Part shown: one piece after another, positions 53,201 through 64,000 of the stretch
How positions within the stretch are numbered: position 1 is the stretch's first letter
Layout: every line of letters starts with the position of its first letter
Assembly (NCBI RefSeq): GCF_018350175.1
Contig: NC_058369.1
Location: 6,512,001-6,576,000 of the forward strand
DNA: 64,000 bases
Reading direction: 5' to 3'
Source of the DNA: Felis catus
Lineage: Eukaryota
Position numbers and translations under genes: made by a program
Notes under the pieces: model-generated
Told to the model about the DNA's origin: nothing
The model's input: only the letters and a program-made list of their open reading frames with translations
The model's database searches: none

Positions 53201-54050
53201 CCAAACCACAAGCCGTGAGATCGTGACCTGAGCCGAATTCGGACACTCAACTAACTGAGCCACCCAGGCGCCCTTCCTTTTTCTTTCTCATGCTGAATTG
53301 GTGTATTGCTTCATATTTTTTGCAAAACAATACAAATGTGTAGTATTTGTTTATAATAGCAATCTTTCTAGGTAAGCAAGGTGAGTGATCAAATACTAGC
53401 TTGCTTATTTTGTAAATCATTAAGCTTAAACATAAATATTAATTCCGTTTAGAAGTTTGAGAAGATCTACTTCTGTAAGACATTTTGTTAAATTCTCCTG
53501 AAGGGAGAGGAAGCAGTCTGCTCTCCAGAAGGGCAGCGTTTATGTGAAAACAATTTTGGGCAAAATTATAGTGCAAGGGGAAATCAGCCCACTACTCCGA
53601 AGGGCAAAGTGCAGTGCTCTTACCATTCCAAAAAGGGAGAGGTTAAATTTCAATGGGGACAGACTAGGACACACTTCTGAAAGAGGTATTACAATGTGGT
53701 TTAATGACTTCATGCAAATATTAATGATATACCTTAAATTATTTGATATAAAAAGTATACAATGAAATCTGAAATAGTTCGTCGCTGTGCTCACATGGTC
53801 AAATGTTTCATAAAATGTGCAAAAGTAGGGGCGCCTGGGTGACTCAGTCGGTTGAGCATCTGACTTCAGCTCAGGTCATGATCTCACAGCTCTTGAGTTC
53901 GAGCCCCGTGTCGGGCTCTGTGCTGACAGCTCAGAGCCTGGAGCCTGCTTCCGATTCTGTGTCTCCCTCTCTCTGCCCCTCCCCTGCTCATGCTCTGTCT
54001 CTCTCTCTTTCAAAAATAAATAAGCATTAAAATTTTTTTTAAAAAAAGTA
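49176..54050. mobile_element. Dispersed CAN-SINEs (49176-49410 +, 50350-50580 -, 50640-50872 -, 51320-51503 -, 52201-52395 +, 53050-53273 -, 53827-54050 +)
   Basis: CAN-SINE consensus in each interval; span includes non-SINE DNA. Confidence 0.85.
50162..50204. repeat. (AC)n microsatellite; others at 32630-32668, 43490-43519, 54211-54249, 63566-63600
   Basis: Direct read. Confidence 0.9.
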
Positions 54051-54069
54051 AAATGTTAGACGCTTCTTT

Positions 54070-54209
54070 CCCCCAGCTTTGTTACAGTATAACTGACAAT
54101 TAAAAATTGTATGTATTTAACTTGATGATTTGATATACATATACATTGTGATTAATCACCACAGTCAAGCTAATTTACATATTCATCACCTCACCTGCTT
54201 CCCATCTTC

Positions 54210-54251
<42 letters not shown>

Positions 54252-56130
54252 AGAACACTAAAGATCTACCTTCTTAGCAAATTCCAATATGCAATTCAGC
54301 ATCATTAACTATAGTCACAGCGCTGAACTTTAGGTCTCCAGATATGTTCATCTTGCATAACTGAAACTTGTACCCCTTGATCAACATCTCCCCCTTTGCC
54401 CTTCCTCCCACCTCCTGAAAACCACCATCATATGCTGCTGCTGTGAATTTGAATACTTTTCAGATTCCATGTGTGAGATTGTGCAGCATTTGTCTTTCTG
54501 CATCTGGTTTATTTCACTTAGATAATGTCCTTCAGATTCATCCACATTGTCTCAAATGGCAGGATTTCCTTCTTTTTTAAGGTTGAATAATATTCCATTT
54601 AAATATATCACACTTTCTTTATCTATTTGTCCATTGACAGAAGTTTTGGTTGTTTCCATACCTTGGCTGTTGTAAACATAATGTTAAAACAAACACAGGT
54701 ATATTGATATCTCTTAGAGATCTTGATTTTATTTTCTTTGGACATATACCTAGAAATGAGATTGCTAGACATTATGGTGGTTCAATTTTTAATTTGGGGA
54801 GGAAAGTCCACACAGTTTTTCTTCGTGGCTGCACCAGTGTGCATTCCCACCAACAGTGCACAAGGGTTCACTTCCCTCCACATCCTTGCCAACACTTGTT
54901 ATCCCTTATCTTTTTGATGATAGCCATTCTATCAGGTGTGGGTCTCCAGCCCCTTGTGAAGCACCTTTTACACCCTTGAAAGGCACAAAAACAGGTATCA
55001 GAGCGAGCCTAGAATCAGACCTTCGGACCTCTGTATCATAATGTTACAACAAGATCTTTAAAATTAAACTTCCAAATTTTGAGAACTATAGATTCATTTG
55101 CAGTTGTAAGAAATCATACAGAGAGATCTCGCAGAGCCTTTACCTGGGTTCCCCCAATGGCAACATCTTGCAAAACTGTAGTACAAATACCACAGCTAGA
55201 AAATTGGCATGGGCATTGTCAAGATACAGAAGAGGTTTTTAAAAAAAATTTTTAAAAATGTTTTTATTTAGGGGCGCCTGGGTGGCGCACTCGGTTGAGC
55301 GTCCGACTTCAGCCAGGTCACGATCTCGCGGTCCGCGAGTTCGAGCCCCGCATCGGGCTCTGGGCTGATGGCTCGGAGCCTGGAGCCTGTTTCCGATTCT
55401 GTGTCTCCCTCTCTCTCTGCCCCTCCCCCGTTCATGCTCTGTCTCTCTCTGTCCCAAAAAATAAACGTTGAAAAAAAAATTAAAAAAAAATGTTTTTATT
55501 TATTTTTGAGACAGAGAGAGACAGACCATGAGCAGAGGAGGAGCAGAGAGAGAGGGAGACACAGAATCCAAAGCAGGCTCCGGGCTCTGAGCTGTCAGCA
55601 CAGAGCCTGACATGGGGCTCAAACTCACAAGCTGTGAGATCACGACCTGAGCCGAAGTCAGACGTCCAACCAACTGAGCCACCCAGGCCCCCCTTGATAC
55701 AGAAGAGTTTAATCACCACAGAGATCCCTTCTTTTTCCCTTTTGTAGATGTGCCCACCTCCCCTCTCTGGCCATTTTTGTCCTTTACCCCTGGAAACCAC
55801 TAACTCGCTTTCCTTCTCCATAATTTTGCCATTTAAATAGTGTTATACAAATAGAACCACACAGTATGTAACCTTTTGGAATTGGCTTTTTTTCACCCGC
55901 CACTAAACATAATATTCTGGAGATTGATCTAGGTCATTGCATGCATCAACAGTTTCTTTCTATGGTTGAGTGGTGTTCAGTGGTATGCACCATATTACTC
56001 TAGTTAACCATTCACCCCCTGAAGTATATTGTTTTGTTTCTTGGCTATTAAGAATAAAGATTTTCAATAAACACTTGTGTACATATTTTTGTGTGAACGT
56101 ACATCTTAATTTCTTTGGGATACATGGAGA
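54070..56130 (-). mobile_element. L1M 3' end fragments with nested SINEs
   Basis: Antisense L1 3'UTR/ORF2-end motifs (cattcccaccaacagtgcacaagggtt, gatagccattct). Confidence 0.65.
55240..55693. mobile_element. Tail-to-tail CAN-SINE pair (+ 55271-55490 inside the tail of a - copy ending 55693)
   Basis: aaaaatgttttt(t)att duplicated around the + copy; outer TSD gatacagaagag. Confidence 0.88.
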
Positions 56131-56909
56131 TTAAATTTTTGTTGTTGTTGAAATAATTATAGACTCCAGCAGTTATGGAAAGAGTAGAGAGTTCCATGTA
56201 CTCATCACTCAGTAAGTCTCAATGTCCCTCTTTTTCAGGGTCAAGCAGAGGGGACAGAATGAATGCCAGATGGGTGACAGGTCACCAGCCTGTGTAACTT
56301 CTGGCATGAAAGGGTAACACTTCACATGCCTGTCATTGTCCACTATTTTTAATATTTGTAAACGGTTGGGGAATGCATTTCTCCAAGGCTGAATAAGGCA
56401 GTCAAGTGTTTCTGGCAACTTCCTACATCCTGGATTCAATGCAACTTTTTCTTCTTTTTTAACTTTCTTACTCTTTGACATTTTGTAGGTAATCTGTCTT
56501 ATCTCTGTGGTTGCTACGGGGAAGAAAAAACCACTCTGCAAATTTACCACCATATACCTGTGGGTGGATTGATTTTTATTCTACTTAGCACTCCCTGGGC
56601 GTCTTAAAACTGAAACAAACAAATGACGGCTCCAGTTTTGGAAATGTCACTCCTGTAATTTTTTTTTTTTTTTTTTTGAATTTGGATATTCTTTCACTCA
56701 TTCTCTTGTTTCCTTCTGGAACTTCCTTGAGTGGTGCCAACCACTCCGTATCTTATTTTCTTCTCTTTCTTCACTCTTCTGTGTTCATGGTACATGTCTT
56801 ACTATTTTCCAGCTTGCCATTTCTCCAATCACTGTGTTCAGTTTGGGTCCTAGTATTCTGTGTATTTAATTTATGTAATGTATTTCCATTAATATATATT
56901 TGGCTTGCA

Positions 56910-56983
56910 TATTTTTTAAGTTTATTTATTTTGAGAGAGAGAGAGACAGCGAGAGCACTTGAGCAGGCGAAAGGCAGAGAGAA

Positions 56984-57035
<52 letters not shown>

Positions 57036-60000
57036 CCCAAGCAGGATCCACACTGTCAACGCAGAGCCGGGTGCCGGGCTTGAACTCCCAAAATGCGAGA
57101 TTGTGACCCGAGCTGGAACCAAGAATCGGAGACTTAACTGACTGAGCCACCCAGGTGCCCCTGTTTTCATACATCTAATGTTACGGATCATACACGCACC
57201 TCTCCGCCTGGCCCACACCTCATGAGACAGGGCTTTGCAGCCGCTTCTGAGATGCCCCCTTTGATTTTCATTTTCTTACTCCTGCAGTTTCCTCTCTTTG
57301 CGTGCAGTTTGGCTGATCCCAGCTGCGTTTTGAGGATGGTAGCCAGTGGATACAAGGATGGAGCTGTGGCCTTTGGTGGGTTTTTCTCCCCTTTACACAT
57401 TTCTCCCATATAGTGGGAACAATGGGCCTAGCAAGGATGTCATTTCCAGCAGTAAGTGCCTTTTATTTATTTTCTGCTTGATTATTATGATGGAAGGTAC
57501 CTAGGTGGTTTGAAGATGGATGGACCGAGGCTCTACACATCACCTTCCTGTCCTTCCCCCTGCACCCCCACATCCCAGACCGTCCATATTTCCTCTCTTC
57601 CCGCTGACCTTGTTTCCTTCAAAGGAGGTAAGAGAGTTTTCTGTTTTCTGTTTCTTTTTTTTTTCCTCTTAGTTCTCCCTTTCCAGGGCTGGAGGCTTCG
57701 TGAGAGAGTGCTGCCCACCAACCAGTACGCTCTACCTCCCTGCCCCCTATCCCACCTCAGCTTCCAACACTCAAACACTCTTTTGACTTGGGGTAAAGCT
57801 CTTGTTATAGGCTGAATCGTGCCCCCCGCCCCACCAAGATATATTGCCCCAAATGCACACGAGAAGTATCTGTGGAACAGATGGATTCTTAACGGGCCCT
57901 TCCTGATGGGAAGTCAGAACTTGCCACGTAATAGAGGAAGTGAAGGGTCACCACCCTGCTCTGGACACCCCCTACTCTGTCAGTCTGTGTCAGTGCCTGG
58001 GGGGTCCCGTTCCTGCATAGATGAAGGAAGGTTCTGTGTAGGGGAATGTGCTGAGGAGATCCTAGGGCGGGGAGGCCTTTGGCATGACCCTGGGCCTTGG
58101 CTGGGGTTAGAGACCCGTGGGGGTGCTGGGGCAAGCAGGAGTCACTCAACCAAGTAGTCGACACCTAGTCCCTCTCCCTCCATGGCTAGGCCAGGCTGGG
58201 GGCCTGAACACCCACCAAGAGACCAGAGGATGGGAACCCTCGTCAGTGGTGGGGACGGGGGTAGGCGAAGGCAACGGGACAGGGCCTGTAGCTGTGAGAG
58301 GGGGTGACCTCTCCTCTGGGGCCCCTCAGCACCTAACTGCCCCTTTGGATGTCTACCTCCTCATGGGGGCCACAAAGTGAGATGATTCCGTGGGGCAGGC
58401 CTCACAGGGGGTGATGAAGTTCAGGGGTGGTAAGGAATGTGTGGGAGCAGCGATGACAGTCAGATGACACTGAATCCTCGGGAGACCCAGCGAGGCAGGG
58501 GTTCGTTACACTTTCCAGATGAGGAGAGTCTCAGGGAGGCCAGGCCACGGGTGCAAGCTCACACACTAGTGAGTGCTGGAGCTGGGAGAGTTCCAGAATC
58601 AGCCTGCTAGAGTTAACCTGGTACCTCTGCTGCTCCACTCCCGGCAAATGTCCGGAGCCCCCAGTCTGGGTTCTGGGGGGAGACATGTTGGGGGGAGACT
58701 GGACTGACTGGTCCCATCCTCCAACCTGCAGGTGACCTCCTGTTGGCCACCCCAGACCCTAGGGAGCCCAGGGGAAGAGCAGCAGGAGGCGAGAGTGTCT
58801 GCGGGGATGGGCCCGGTCTGGGGCGGGGTGGGGGTGGGGGGGTCGTCGCTCCCAGCTGGAGGCCTCCACCAGTCCAGGGGCCTTCCTTCTTCAGCCTCTC
58901 CTGGAGCGAAGAGCCTAGAATGCCTGCACTGGGAGTGACCGGGGCGGGGTGGGGGTGGGGGGAGGGCCTGGAGAGCTGGGTGCAGGATGGAATTGGGGTG
59001 GGGAGGGCCAGGACCCGTGTACCCTGGGATTGGCCAAAAGCCGCCTGGAGGGAGAAGTGTTCCTGGAGGGCAGGGGAGGGGCTTTGCGGGGAGGCTGCTA
59101 AGACTCCTAGCTTCTCCACTGGGAGCCTGGGGGGGGGGGGCGGGGAAGGTGGCTGAGGGTTTCGGGAAAGGGCCCACGGGGGGGGGGGGCACCTGAGAAC
59201 AGGGCTCGTCACCCCCCCTCCCCCGCGATGGCACAGGGTGTCATCCCCTCCTGAGTTCTGAGGGCTGGCACAACTCCTCATGGCCCGTCCTGGGAGTTGG
59301 GGCATCCTGCCCATGTTGGGGGTAAGGGGAGAGTGCACGGAAGCCGGGAAGCCGGGGCTCAGGGCTGCCGGACTCGGAGCTGCAGGATGCCGTGGCTGGG
59401 CCAGACAGCCTCTCCCTCAGGCCCTGCCGCAGGGGGAGTGGAGCCAGGCCCCTCCGAGTCGGGAAGCACACCCCTGGGGAGCGATGCCTTCCAGCCTGAG
59501 GCCTCGGTCTCCCCGGCGGAGAGGGCTGGGCTGCAATGTCCCCGCCCCTGTCTTGCTCCGCTTCTCTGGAGCCCGGCCTGTCTCTGCGCGTGCCTGCCCC
59601 CTGGTGGGCCCTGGCGGTAGCGCAACAGGAGAGGCGGTGGGGATGCGGGGGAGTGACGCGCCCGGGTTCTGTTTCCGGTGGGATTTGGCTGCTGCGTTCA
59701 GAGGAGAGGAGTGAGGTCAGCAGCTGTGGCCTCACTGCAGGGACGGTGGCGGGGGGAAAGCAGAGACCCTCCTGGGAAGGGTCCTCTCTGGCCCCCTACC
59801 TTGGGTCTGCATCCTGACCTCTGTCCCTGGAATAGTTGGGGAGGCCCAGCTGTTCCGGGAGACTGCAAATCACTACCGCCTGGGGGCCTGAGAAGCGATT
59901 GGGGGCCTGGTTCCAGGCCCTGGAGCCCCTTAGCGAGGATGAGAGGGGAGGCCGAGCGGGAGCCAGGGGGCAGGTTCCTTTCAGTGCCCTTCACCTGGTT

Positions 60001-63000
60001 CAGGAGCAGAGACAGCCCCTCAGAACTCCCAGGATTTCGAGGTCGGAGGCAATTCCGCGGGGAGAGCAGCGACCACTGAGACGGGGGTGTCTTTTTTAAA
60101 AAAATGTTTGTTTATTTTTGAGAGAGAGAGAGAGAGTGTGAGTGAGCATGAGCGAGTGGGGGAGGGACAGAGAGGGGGAACAGAAGATCCGAAGCAGGCT
60201 CTGTGCTGACAGCCGGGAGCCCAAAGTGGGGCCCCGGGGCTCGAACTCATGAACCCAGAGGTCATGACCCGAGCCGAAGTCTGACGCTTAACTGACCCGA
60301 CCGCCCAGGCGCCCTGAAACGCGGTTGTTTTCAAAAGTAGCACTTGCCAGGGCCATGCCCTGCACCAGGACAGGGACTGCCTTGCAATAGCTCTGGAGGC
60401 AGAGGAACTTTTTCTGCTTCTCTTGTTGACGTTGCTTTTGACCAGACGTCAGGAACGTCTACTTTTCTAGTTCAGCCTCTAGAAGCACATCAGCAATCAG
60501 TGGGGGAAACGATATAGAAAAGTCGGAATGTGCTGGTGGAAAGGATGCGGCCAGAGGAAGATCATTTGCAAATGAGCCAAGGGCCCTCAGGACTTTCCAG
60601 CCTTGGGCCCCCTCAAGGGGCTTCTTGGTTGACCCTTTACCTAGATTTGAGTCTCCTGGGATCCCTGTCCATGACCTCTGAATTCCTTTTCCCGTTTGTT
60701 TCCTACCAGAGGGAATGATTTGTGATGCAGCTTTTAAGGCCAAAGCTGGGCCTCGGTCCTTAAACATCATGGCCCCCTGTGAATTAGGGCTGCTGGCATT
60801 CCTACACTTTCTTAATTCCTTTTAGGGCAGAAATTCCCTAGAAGGCCCTACCTGTCAGGTACATCATGGTCCCGCCTCTCTGGCTGGGGCCTGATGGATC
60901 ATGGGTGAACTCCAGTTTGCAAGGATAAGGGTATCCTAATCCTTGTCAGTGAATGACCCCCATACTCCCCTTTGCTGCCAAGGGTGACTTCTGGCCCCGT
61001 GTGGTTCTGAGGTCACCGGTTTCAGCAATCACAGTTTATTTATTTTAAATTTATTTATTTATTTTGAGAGGGAGAGAGAAAGAAGAAGTGAGCAGGGGAG
61101 GAGCAGAGAGAGGGGGAGACAGAGGATCTGAAGTGGGCTCTGCTCGGACAGTAGAGAGAGAGCTCGAACCCATGAACCGCGAGATCATCCCCTGAGCCAA
61201 AGTCTGCCGCTTAACCGACTGAGCCACCCAGGTGTCCCCAGTTTATACACTCAGTCGTGTTGTTACCAATTTGTCCTAAAGGGGCAGCTGGGCCCCAGCC
61301 TCTGTAGCGTGTAGCCTCTGGGATGGCTGTGTTGCCTTCCATGGGCTTGTGCTATGGTTATGGCATGGGCGGGTGAAGCCTTCCTGTTGGGAGCTTTGAA
61401 AGGTGAGACGTGAGGGGGTAGGGTGGGGGCCCAGCAGGGGAATGTCACCAAACCGATGATCTGTGGACAAGTGTGGACACAGCCTTACCAATTAGAATCC
61501 TGAGATGCTTCCAATCTGGGCTGGAAACTATACTGCTCTGTGCCCAGCCTCACCTGAGCCCATAACCAGGAGCTAAAGGGTTACCACCTGGCAATTTAAA
61601 TATCACCACTTGGAAACACCCCGCAAGAGCAAGGCCCAGATGAATTGACAGACCACTGGGTTATCTGCCGCTTCTGTGATGGCTGCAAGCTTTACCCAGA
61701 GACACAGCAAGCTGGACTCTGCCAGGAGGCCTTTGGGTACAGCCAGCAGGAAAGATGAACCCGGGCTCCTGGCATCCTGGACCCTTCCTGACACGGCACA
61801 GCCATCCAGGAAAGTGATTTGCTTAAGGACAGTTGGTAAGTCTGTATTTTCCCTCCAAAGAGAAAGAGAAGGGCCAGGTCCCAGGGCTAATCTAGGGCTG
61901 GGAGGAGGGCACAGGTGTCAGAAGGGTTTTTCCTCCAGGACCGTGAGGCTTCTGAGAGCACACCCAGCATGTAAGAATAGTTTATAAGTCTTGTGTCTAC
62001 CATATGGCTGGGAGGGACAGTCTGTTGCACCCTTGGAAATCCATTGGCTAATAGTGCACTGGCCGGCACCCGAAAGAGACCCATGGTTGCAGGGAGGGGG
62101 TATTATCTGTATCGTACATTCATGTAAATTAAATACATGTACACAATACACACTCAAACTTATTCATACCAGGATAAGGGAGAAATATAACAAATGCACA
62201 TTTTAGCAACTGATTACCTTGGTGGGATTGATGCCTTCTTTTGTTACCTATTTTATATTTGCTTTGTTCTCAGCTGGTTGTGGTTTGCTGCCTGATGAGG
62301 GAGCCTAGTCCTCATTCCTGAAGGGTCTGGGCCATTAGTCCCACCCGGACTGGTTTCTTGTAGTTTTCCAGAGACTTAAATCACAGGGCATGGTGCTACT
62401 AAGAAAGCCTTAAGAAATTTCCTTTAGACTTAGGCTTCCTTATCTGCACTGCAGAGCAGCAAACCATTTTCCCTTTGGGAATCAGGATCAGTCACCTCAG
62501 CCAGTACTGAAGAAAAATTCTTTCTTTGCCTGTAAATTCACAGGCAGCCTTAACGTGGGCCGTTCACCCCAGGGACCCAGGGAGTGGCGCCTTCTCACGG
62601 ACTCCGCTTCGGCCTCTCAATGCAGGGAAACACTCCCACTTCACCTCCCCTCCTGTTTGCCACTCTCCCCAGTATAATTTGTTGGAAAACTGTCCTTTTC
62701 CTCATTGAATGGTCTTGGTACCCTTGTTGGAAATTACTTGACCATGTATTTCAGGGTTTATTTCTGGGCCCTAGATTCGATTCCACTGGTCTATCTATGT
62801 GCCAGGACCCCACTGTTTTAATAACTGTAGCTTTGTTGTAAGTTTTGAGATTAGGAAGTGTGATGTCTCCAGTTTTGGTCTTCTTTTTCTTTCTTTTTTT
62901 TTAAAAATTTTTTTTTTCAACGTTTTTTATTTATTTTTGGGACAGAGAGAGACAGAGCATGAACGGGGGAGGGGCAGAGAGAGGGAGACACAGAATCGGA

Positions 63001-63121
63001 AACAGGCTCCAGGCTCCGAGCCATCAGCCCAGAGCCCGACGCGGGGCTCGAACTCCCGGACCGCGAGATCGTGACCTGGCTGAAGTCGGACGCTTAACCG
63101 ACTGCGCCACCCAGGCGCCCC
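56910..63121 (-). mobile_element. Dispersed antisense CAN-SINEs (56910-57161 with long (GA)n, 60095-60315, 61035-61238, 62885-63121)
   Basis: CAN-SINE consensus; TSD ggtcttctttttc for the last. Confidence 0.85.
59180..59780. promoter_or_regulatory. Second GC/CpG-rich segment, possible promoter or enhancer with no gene assigned
   Basis: CpG retention above flanks; TGACGC 59654 and TTCCGG 59673; G-tract region 58800-59190 adjacent. Confidence 0.4.
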
Positions 63122-63563
63122 TCGGTCTTCTTTTTCAAGATTGCTGTGGCTATGCAGAATCCCTTGAGATTTGATACGAATTTTAGGATGGATTTTTCTG
63201 TTTCTGTAAAAAACACCATTGGAGTTTTGATACGGATTGCATTGAATTCGTAGATCACTTTGGGTACTAGGGTGGTTTTAACAATACAGAGTCTTCCAGT
63301 CCATGACATGGAACGTTTTCCCATTTATTTATGTCTACTTCATTTTTTTTTTTTTTCCAGCAATGTTTTATAGCTTTCAGTGTTCAAGACTCTTGCTTCT
63401 TTGGCTAAGTTTATTCCTAAGAACTTTATTCTTTTTGATGCTACTGTGGATAGAATTTTTAAAATTAAAAAAAAATTTATTGTGTGCATAGAAACAAATA
63501 ATTTTTGTACGTTGCAAATAATTTTTGTATCTTGCAACTTTGCTGAATTAATTTACTAGTGCA

Positions 63564-63601
<38 letters not shown>

Positions 63602-64000
63602 TCTTCAGGGGTTTCTACATGTGGGATCATGTCATTTGTGAACAGGAATAATTTTACTTCTTCCTTTACAGTTTATATGCTTTTGTATTTCTTTTTCTTG
63701 CCACATAATTGCTTGGTTAGGATTTACAATATCATGTTAACTAGAAGTGGCAAAAAGCAGGTATCCTTGTCTTGTTCCTGATGTTAAGGAAAACACTTTC
63801 AGACTTTTACCATTGAGTCTGATGATAGCCTTGGGCTTTTCATATATGGCCTTTATTATGTTGAGTGTTTTTATCATGAAAGGCTGTTGAGTTTTGAGTT
63901 TTTTAAAAATGTACTTTCTGTATCAATAGAAATGATCCTGTGGGTTTTTTCCCCATCATTTTGTCAATGTTGTATATTACATCGATTGATTTTCATAAAT
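62670..64000 (-). mobile_element. L1 ORF2 (RT-region) fragment, runs off the window end
   Basis: [43 protein letters not shown] and IKFLGINLAKE are L1 ORF2 motifs. Confidence 0.85.

Noticed and set aside
53712..53719. Octamer motif ATGCAAAT
   Set aside because: A single 8-mer in AT-rich DNA with no supporting context.
56209..56553. 114-aa - strand ORF
   Set aside because: Contains RQITYK and WRNAF..QILK, resembling decayed L1/HAL1 ORF1; not a host gene.
58599..59735. Long overlapping ORFs (211, 241, 164, 144 aa)
   Set aside because: Pro/Gly-rich products in several frames on both strands are expected from stop-poor GC-rich DNA.
60459..60770. ORF ending LIADVLLEAELEK, faintly like the MBD3L C-terminus (MBD3L genes neighbour human ZNF557)
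   Set aside because: Similarity is limited to a few residues and the rest shows no MBD3L motifs; a tblastn with MBD3L proteins would settle it.

Overview
Mammalian genomic DNA; the young SINEC_Fc-type CAN-SINEs point to a felid (species not resolvable). The + strand carries the 3' half of the insulin receptor gene INSR: exons 14-22 (177-14646, 488 aa, intact; end of ectodomain, transmembrane helix, NPEY juxtamembrane motif, tyrosine kinase, C-tail) and a ~4.6 kb 3'UTR with several poly(A) signals. Convergent on the - strand is an intact 6-coding-exon KRAB-A/B + 9 x C2H2 gene (400 aa, 43938->36238). It occupies the ZNF557 position next to INSR but has a ZNF558-like finger array, and its CpG-island promoter lies near 48.1 kb. 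The rest is mostly transposable elements (CAN-SINEs, L1, MLT1/MER21 LTRs, MER3/MER58/MER20 DNA transposons) and microsatellites. Best second-look signals: (1) an L1 made only of 5'UTR+ORF1 with its own target-site duplication (TSD), nested in a 5'-inverted L1 inside an older L1; (2) a SINE whose TSD copied a ZNF splice donor; (3) the ZNF557/ZNF558 mosaic; (4) a let-7 8mer just past a proximal INSR poly(A) signal; (5) a decayed ~50-bp tandem repeat at 26.2-27.2 kb; (6) a G-rich minisatellite upstream of the ZNF promoter. Nothing here demonstrates a wholly new biological system. Comparisons with human/mouse proteins and repeat family names come from recall, not from a search, and repeat boundaries are approximate.
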